This document shows, piece after piece, positions 56,953 through 64,000 of a stretch of 64,000 nt of DNA. The stretch spans positions 24,930,401 to 24,994,400 of the forward strand of contig CM120641.1 of NCBI GenBank assembly GCA_051362555.1, written 5' to 3'. The notes under the pieces are model-generated. The model worked only from the letters and a program-made list of their open reading frames with translations. It was not told the DNA's origin and searched no databases. Each line of letters opens with the position of its first letter. The first letter of the stretch is position 1. Made by a program: the position numbers and the translations under genes. This DNA comes from Lingula anatina. Taxonomy: Eukaryota; Animalia; Brachiopoda.

Positions 56953-58929
56953 GACTTACACCACTGCTGGCATTTCGAACAATAGGATGAACACACCGAA
57001 GCATATGAAAATACAGGCAAGCCTTTATGCGAAATACAAATGCAATTATCCTTTTGTTCAAAGCACCAGTCTTGGTATAAGTAAATATGTAGTAACTGAT
57101 CTTGTAAATCTGTCCAAATTGGTTTTTGTCTAGTCCTTGTCCTAATGTATTTTCTTTTAATCATTTAGTCTGTTTATTCATGTATTTTTGTTTTTTAGAT
57201 AAACTAAACAATGACAAAAATCATCAACTCTTTTTGTCATACACCTGAAGATATTATCCATTCTATAATAACTATGGTTCTGTAGTAGTGAACTTTATTG
57301 TTAACTTGTAAATAGCTACCTTACTTTAGGGATATATACTTTTGCATAATGTACAAGGTCAAATAAAAATATGTACCAAGATTCAATTGAATTAACACAT
57401 AAACAACTGTTCATATGATAATCCAAATATTGAAATCCACTTGTCCAGGAGCAATAATTGTGCTTCTCCTTGAGCACAATTTTTATTTTCAAATATCGAG
57501 AAAGAAGTAGCAACATCTTTCTTGTCTATCTCTCCCTAAAATTTATTTAAGTTGAACATTTCAATGAAAACAAATGTATAAGAAGATCTTAGTATTTATT
57601 TTAAGTCCCTACCTATTTATCTCATACTTACCTGAAATCTGTGCAAAAAACTGAAAGAAAAAAGAGAAACTAGTTCTTCAAAAATTTTTGTAGTTTATCC
57701 AGAAGAGCTACTTTTGATCAGTAAAAAATGTCAATGTTCTGTAAATAAGATTACTTAGATCATACTTTATCTCAGAATTACTGATAAGTATGATCTAAGA
57801 ACAGCAGAAGATATTGGAGAAAAATATGTTTTAAAATGTAGTAGAAGTTAAATTTCCTAATGAATGTAGATTATGGTAGCTATAGTTTTTCTCCATAATG
57901 GCATTTAGTCTGCGTCATCAATATCACTTTAATGTTATGTAAATAAGACATCTCATTGTTGGTGATGAGAAAAATGTTATTTATGTGGAAATACAACACA
58001 TTTTGGTTATAATTTTTATGTATACAACATATTTATCCAAGGTATCCATATGACATATCTTTACACATAATATTAAGTTATTACGTGGGCTTTTATTCTA
58101 TTTGTGCCTCTAAATTGGGGAACATCAAGCATTTGAGGGCACTATAATACGATAAACAAAAACAAGGGTGTACTTGATAGTAATTATCCAATTAAACTGA
58201 TATACATTCTGTTGATATTTTGTACAGAGTACATTCCACCTTGCTCTTCATAGAAAAAGTTTAGTTTTGGTTTATCACAATCCAATATTGAAAAATGTAT
58301 TATTTATTTATTTTTATTATTATCATTATTTATTATTTTTGTATTAACTGAATTTTATGAAATTTGTGTAACTATAATCTTTGCACAACTCCGACAATTT
58401 TTTTGGTCCCAAGGAGTTGGAATACTAGTCTTCTGTATATGAATACTTTGCAATGTGTAAAGGTTGGGTTATGACTTTCTCTGGTTGCAGAGTTTACTTC
58501 CTACAACTATTACCACAGCAGCTATGCCAACAGCATAAGTTTACTGGAATGTAATGTTTTCAAAGTGATTTTTGTGTATTTTTATTATTATCCAAAATAA
58601 ACTGATCAGTATGCATTACACAGAGACCTATTTTGTAAACTAATGCAGTTTTATATTCTGATAACAAGTCTTTTTTATTTGGATTAATTATTGCAAAATA
58701 TTCTTATGAAATTACAGTGTAGGATTACCAAAAATTTAAAGAAATCTGAAATAAAATTTTCATATGAACTGCAGCATATTGTAGGATATTGCTTTTCTTC
58801 AACATTGTCTTTAAAAAAACAAAAAAAAAAAAAGATCTGGACCCAATAATAAAAACTGTGGGAAAAATATGTCTCAGTTTTTAAAATGTTAGAAAATTAA
58901 GAATATTAATGTTTCGACCATTAAACTTG

Positions 58930-59144
58930 GGCTTCGTTCACATGGAAAGTCTATTTTCTAAAAATCTATTTTCTATTCGCGGTATCTTATGATCATGGTG
59001 TGTGCCCTGAATATCCCGCGGCGTAATTACTGGCAGCGCGAGCCAGTTACTTATAGCATATTCTATTCACAAGATATACCGCAAAGATATACCGCGAATA
59101 GAAAATAGATTTTTAGAAAATAGACTCTCCATGTGAACGAACCC
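58930..59144. mobile_element. MITE family A, internally deleted copy
   Basis: Same TIR as 702-1220, with TTG on both flanks (3-bp TSD). Confidence 0.88.
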
Positions 59145-59560
59145 TTGCTTGGCTATACCACAGGTAAACAGGTCATAAAACACTTTCTACTGGTTCAGTT
59201 ACAACACAGTAACAATGGTTTCACATCCCGGCACTAAGTTCAAAGCATACACTTTTCAGATTAACTACAACACAACAGTTATCAGACAAATACTCTGATG
59301 CGCAATAAATCAATAAGCCAATTAAAGCTGACAAATATACAGCTCAGAGCCTGTATCAACTTCAACTACAGCACACATCATGATTATATTATTGTTCCTG
59401 GCAAATGTATACAATTAAAGGAAATTCCAGTTATTTAAAAGATGCGTCTTTTACATCAGTGCCTTAACATGAAATGCAAACAAGTCTGGTAATGGCTGTC
59501 CTGCTCTAAAATTGGCAACTGAACATGTCATTTATATATACAAAAATACCATGGTGCTTT

Positions 59561-59794
59561 ATTTCTCTGCCAAGGAGATGAAGCATTTACATTTCCTGAT
59601 TTGTTACTTATTAAATTCTTCACTCAAAAATGGGTTGATTTTGATTAAATTTGCAGGTTATGTAAGAAATGGGCTATCTTAGAATGGTTTACATTAAATA
59701 TGCTAAAAATCTGTTCATGAAATTATGAATAATTTTAAAAAATAATAATTGAACTGCCTTGGCAGGGGTCTGCACTCTATTACACTTTCCTTGT
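59561..59794. mobile_element. Diverged reverse copy of the Helentron/HINE-like element
   Basis: ATTTCTCTGCCAAGGAG...CTGCCTTGGCAGGGGTCTGCACTCT mirrors the ends of 5772-6183. Confidence 0.5.
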
Positions 59795-60142
59795 ATAAAA
59801 ATGATCACACATGCCCCTGCATAAAAACTATATCACTTCAGTTCAATGTAGATGGTTAAATGAAAATCTGTAATGTATGTACACATATGCACAAATGTAT
59901 ATGTAACAAAACGCTGTCTTCTGTGTAGAGCAATTTTGTCATCATGATGTCAAGAAAGAAGTAATAATACATCATCCATGGGACCCTGCACATGTCTTAT
60001 TCTCTGGGCTTTCTTCTGAAACTTGTTTGAATCACACTTTCTCCATTTTGGTTCTTAAGTGTGACGCTGTAGGAAGGACTTGTAATACACTTTCCAAATG
60101 GAGAAGTCTTCTGAGGGAGATCACTTTAGGCAAACTGGGCTA

Positions 60143-61871
60143 TCAATTGAGTGTAGATCCTTTCCCTTCCAGTACATCTAAAAATGAAAGAATTGTACAC
60201 CAGTATTTTAAATTTGATACATTAAAACAAAAATTTGGTTGGGCCTTTTGGGGCCAACATCCTCTAAATACATGCAAAAAAACTTTCCTAAAATTAATGA
60301 CATCATGCTGATTTTTAAAAGGAACCAGACTTGTTAAAACAAAAAGCAACTCAATAATTTGAAGTAAAACATAAACATAGTTTGGCACTTATGGGGCGAA
60401 CATTCCGATAAAACATGTAAAAAGAAAAAAATCAATTACTTTTGTAAAAATTATCCCATCATTCTGATTTTCAAAAGGAACCTTTTAACCAAATATTGCT
60501 ACTCAGAAAAATTAAAGTAAAGAGGCTGTTATACAGTTATAGGGACTGATGATTCAGACGAGGAGAATATATGCAGACTCTTTCAGTCTTGAGATTCTAA
60601 GATTATAATGCTGAAAATTCTGTATGCCATCATTACTAAAGTAATATCATGAATACAAATTATTTTCAATTTTTATTGTTACAAATGTACAAAGCTGTAA
60701 GTAAATGGACAACAATTACAAATGAGCCTTTTTCTGAATGAGCTAAAAAATCTGTTATAAACTAGTACCTGCACATCTATTTTGATTCAGTCCCCTTAAT
60801 GCTGTAATTAGTCCATCCACACTGGCCTCTCGTCCCTTACGCTCACGCCAGGTAGTCAGCATTTGATACACTTGCTCTTTTAAATTTCTGCTATTTCGGT
60901 ATTCTATATCTGCAATATCAGATTCTTCAAGTCCTAACTCTCTGGCTAGTGACTTCCAGCCCAACAGGTTGCCATAGTACTTCACTGTTAACTGGAGTGT
61001 TTTGTGGTTTAAAACTGGAAGAAAACAGTGATAAATAACACTAAATGCATTAATTCACTGAAATCTTTTAAAACAGCCCAAAATCATCATAATTCTTTTT
61101 TTTCATATTAGTTCAAGTGGAAAAACAGCCTACAAAACTACTGTGAAGATGGTTCTCAACTGAAACACTGATCGCATTCACAACGAGTTGAGCCAGGCTT
61201 TACAAATCCTGGGGACTAAATATGGCGGACGTACATGAAAGAAAAACCGCCTAATCTTTTAACAGTCTCTCCGCCTCTCACATGCCTCCCCATGTGTCGT
61301 CCCAATGGAGCCGAGATTTAATGACTGTCCCCCCCGCAGGGACGACGTGTGGGGAGGCGTGTGAGAGGCGGAGAGACTATTAAAAGATTAGGCGGTTTTT
61401 CTTTCATGTACGACCGCCATATTTAGTCCCCAGGATTTGTAAAGCCTGGCTCAACTCGTTGTGAATGTGATCTTTGTTACCAGTATATCAGACCTCATAC
61501 TACAAGCTGATCTTCAACATACCTTCACATTTTTCTTTTGGTAATTCTTCAGGAGTCATGTACATATTTCTTAATCTCTCTTTCTCTTTTAGTTCTGTTA
61601 AATCTGTGTCCTCCAGTGCTCGAACTAGCCAATAGTAATTCTCTCTCAGTGACTCTATAAATAGTCTATAAGCCTTGGGTCCTCTGCAGGTCAAAATGTC
61701 CAGCAAGGCACAAGCCCTGTCTCTAGCGGTGGCCTGTATTGTAATCCTTTCAGCATCATCATCACTTAAAGCTCCTTCTTGTATAAGAAAAGGAAGAATA
61801 TCAGACACTCTCAGGTCTTGGACAATGGCTACTCTATTTTTTCTGAGTATAAACCTTTCCGTCTCATTCAT
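60143..61871 (-). CDS. CRADD: CARD + death domain adaptor (RAIDD/CRADD-like), 3 coding exons, ~209 aa
   Basis: Exons 61871-61523, 61014-60769, 60177-60143. CARD (ILRKNRVAIVQDL...LLDILTCRGPKAYRLFIESL) and death domain (WKSLARELGLEESDIADIE...QVYQMLTTWRER). 5'UTR intron from donor 62311 to acceptor 61903. Orthology rests on architecture only. Confidence 0.75.
61170..61472. mobile_element. MITE family C, internally deleted copy (CRADD-like intron)
   Basis: Same TIR as 39710-40430, almost entirely palindromic. TSD not evident. Confidence 0.88.
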
Positions 61872-62689
61872 TTTGTCTTGCTTTAAATATCTTTTTTAAA
61901 ACCTAAAAAACAGAAAAGATGTATGATGTTATGTATAGTTTGACATAGATGAAAGCACTTCAGTACTGTCTTTAATGCATAATACGTGTATTTATCTAAA
62001 GTAGACAACTTGTTACTGGGGAAGTCTTGTAAAATGAATAAGGAACTTTGTTGGTCTTTAACTGGTACTTCTTAAAAATTAAATACTCAGTACCCAGTAT
62101 CTTACGTAGTTAATATCTAAGATTATTCAAATGAAGATTTTATAGATTGCATCCATCAATTAAATCTGCTCCCCTGAGATACAGATGTGGTAATTTTAAT
62201 CTAAACAAAAGGTATGAGTATTGCTGCTGTATCTAAATTGACTGCCTGTATAACCACTTTCACTTTCAAACTTTCAGTTAAAGTTAGTCATTTATTATAA
62301 ATAAATCTTACCTTCAAGATTTCGAATTATTCCACCGATATTCTATCTTGTGTTGGCTATGTTTAAGTCAGATTCAACTGCTTTCAGTCTTAATTATCAC
62401 AGATGACAGTAAATAGCAATGTCTGGTGACGCTTCTATTAAACTCCTATTTTGATGTTTGACACAGTTGAGAACAGTGCATTTCAACGTTATTTTTTACA
62501 TGACTTTGGGCATAAAGTTTGTTAATGAACATTAAATCATGCTGTACAATGCTTTGTTTAGTGGGGCCAATAAATTTCTACTTTCAGAAATCCTCGGTAC
62601 TAGTATAAAAGTGTCAAAGTCGACACGCTTTTTCACATTCCAGTTTCCAACCTACCTATATACATCAAGAGGACTCTGGGACATTAATG

Positions 62690-62760
62690 GAAACATCCGG
62701 CGGAAGTACCACGTCCTCACGCACGCATGCGTCAGTTGCCAACCTGGAAGTGTAGGAGGG
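62690..62760. promoter_or_regulatory. Bidirectional promoter CRADD-like/USO1
   Basis: CpG-rich patch with GCGGAAGT and CCTGGAAGTG (ETS-like) and GCACGCATGCGT (NRF1-like) directly upstream of the USO1 ATG. Confidence 0.6.
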
Positions 62761-63265
62761 ATGGATTATTTCCGAAATTTGGTAGCCCCACAGGGGGGTG
62801 CTCAACCCACTGGTGCAGAAACGGTACGAGTTTCATTTGTCTTTATTATGTGCACTCGTCGGACATTGTTGCTTCATACTGTGCACTGTCTTATAGTGAT
62901 ATCCACTGTGCAAACACGGTGTCATATGCCGATGCTCCAAACTATCTATCTACAGTATGTGGCTAATGTAAATGTAAATGTTGTATTATATTAACTGCGC
63001 CCCCATTCTCAGAACAGTTGAACCAAGTGTCAGTGTGCTGTGAACAGTATAAACTCTTACCAGAACTGTATAAGATTTTTTCACATTCATGTGGTACTGT
63101 ACGATCTTGTAAATGTTCTACAGCTGCATTTACGTGTTACTTGATATGATATGGTAATAACCTTTGTTTTGGTTGCAGATTGAGAAACTTTGTGACAGAG
63201 TTCAGTCATCAACATTGTTGGAGGACCGTAGAGATGCAGTCAGAGCACTCAAGTCTTTATCCAAG
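62761..63265 (+). CDS. USO1: General vesicular transport factor p115, first two exons (gene continues beyond the window)
   Basis: Exons 62761-62823 and 63179-63265 encode MDYFRNLVAPQGGAQPTGAET|IEKLCDRVQSSTLLEDRRDAVRALKSLSK, the conserved p115 N-terminus. Confidence 0.93.
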
Positions 63266-64000
63266 GTGAAACATTGTATTTATTTTAGGTTACAACTAAT
63301 GTCTATTATGTAGGTATATCAGAAAAATTTTCAAACTGATCAGAAAATTATAATACTTATATCATCTGAAAGGTAATGCAAAAACCGGATGAAATCACTT
63401 GGAATTTTTTTAATATTCCTACCAGCAACAAAGATATTGAAGTTTTTTAACTGCAAAAATGCACCAAAAGTGTCCACACTTTTCAGCTTAAAACCTGTCA
63501 CTACTGACCAGCGGTGATCACTCAGCTGTAGCTGCAGCTCAAATTGCTTGTGACCAATTAGGGCAATTATGGCTGTATGTTAATCTAATGACCTGGAAAC
63601 AAACCCAAATTGGCGACCGCACAAACACATGGCTGGGATGGCTTCCGTGCAGATCAAGCACTATAAATATTGCGCATCAAATAAACTATACTTCGCATGG
63701 TTAAATTTTCATGATTTTTTTACATAATATTGCAAATTTCATAAACTTTATTCGATATAAATTTTAAAAAACTGAAACCAGTACTTCCCTGACATTTTTG
63801 AGCATTTTGTCGAGGCAAAACTTCAAACACCCTGAACTGAAACTTCTCAAAGACTGCAACACGGGAAAATCACGTGACCGGATTTTACTCTTTGATTTAC
63901 AGCTTATTTAGTTAATGGCTTGTATTAGTTTTTTTACGCGGCGCTAAAAGAGAGATTTAAAAAAGGGGTGCCATAGGCGAGCTGTCAGCAGGCCGACTTC

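Noticed and set aside
63420-64000. CpG-richer stretch in USO1 intron 2 with TCACGTGAC, possibly a repeat
   Set aside because: Truncated by the window end; no second copy or terminus to define it.

Overview
Eukaryotic, AT-rich, intron-containing animal genomic DNA. It is probably an invertebrate bilaterian (lophotrochozoan-like), which cannot be confirmed from the sequence alone. Eight genes lie in strictly alternating orientation as four head-to-head pairs: FoxK(-)/tektin-4(+), SAFB(-)/TEDC2-like(+), SRSF2(-)/MFSD11(+), and a CARD+death-domain RAIDD/CRADD-like adaptor(-)/USO1 (+, 5' part only). Exon chains were rebuilt by eye from splice signals and reading-frame continuity. SAFB intron 1 holds an intact, very young Mag-type Ty3/gypsy LTR retrotransposon (identical 175-bp LTRs, AATCT TSD, 1333-aa ORF) in the sense orientation. 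Several non-autonomous DNA transposons are also present (Harbinger-like, hAT5-like, EnSpm-like, Sola-like, Helentron-like). Most notable observations: a tandemly duplicated, probably mutually exclusive 108-nt exon pair in MFSD11; the sense gypsy inside SAFB, a gene known in mammals to restrain intronic transposons; only about 60 nt between the SAFB and TEDC2 start codons; a multi-exon SRSF2 3'UTR resembling AS-NMD autoregulation; a stop-containing cassette exon and a GC-AG intron in SAFB; and a 2.85-kb TIR element with a periodic 16-bp motif.
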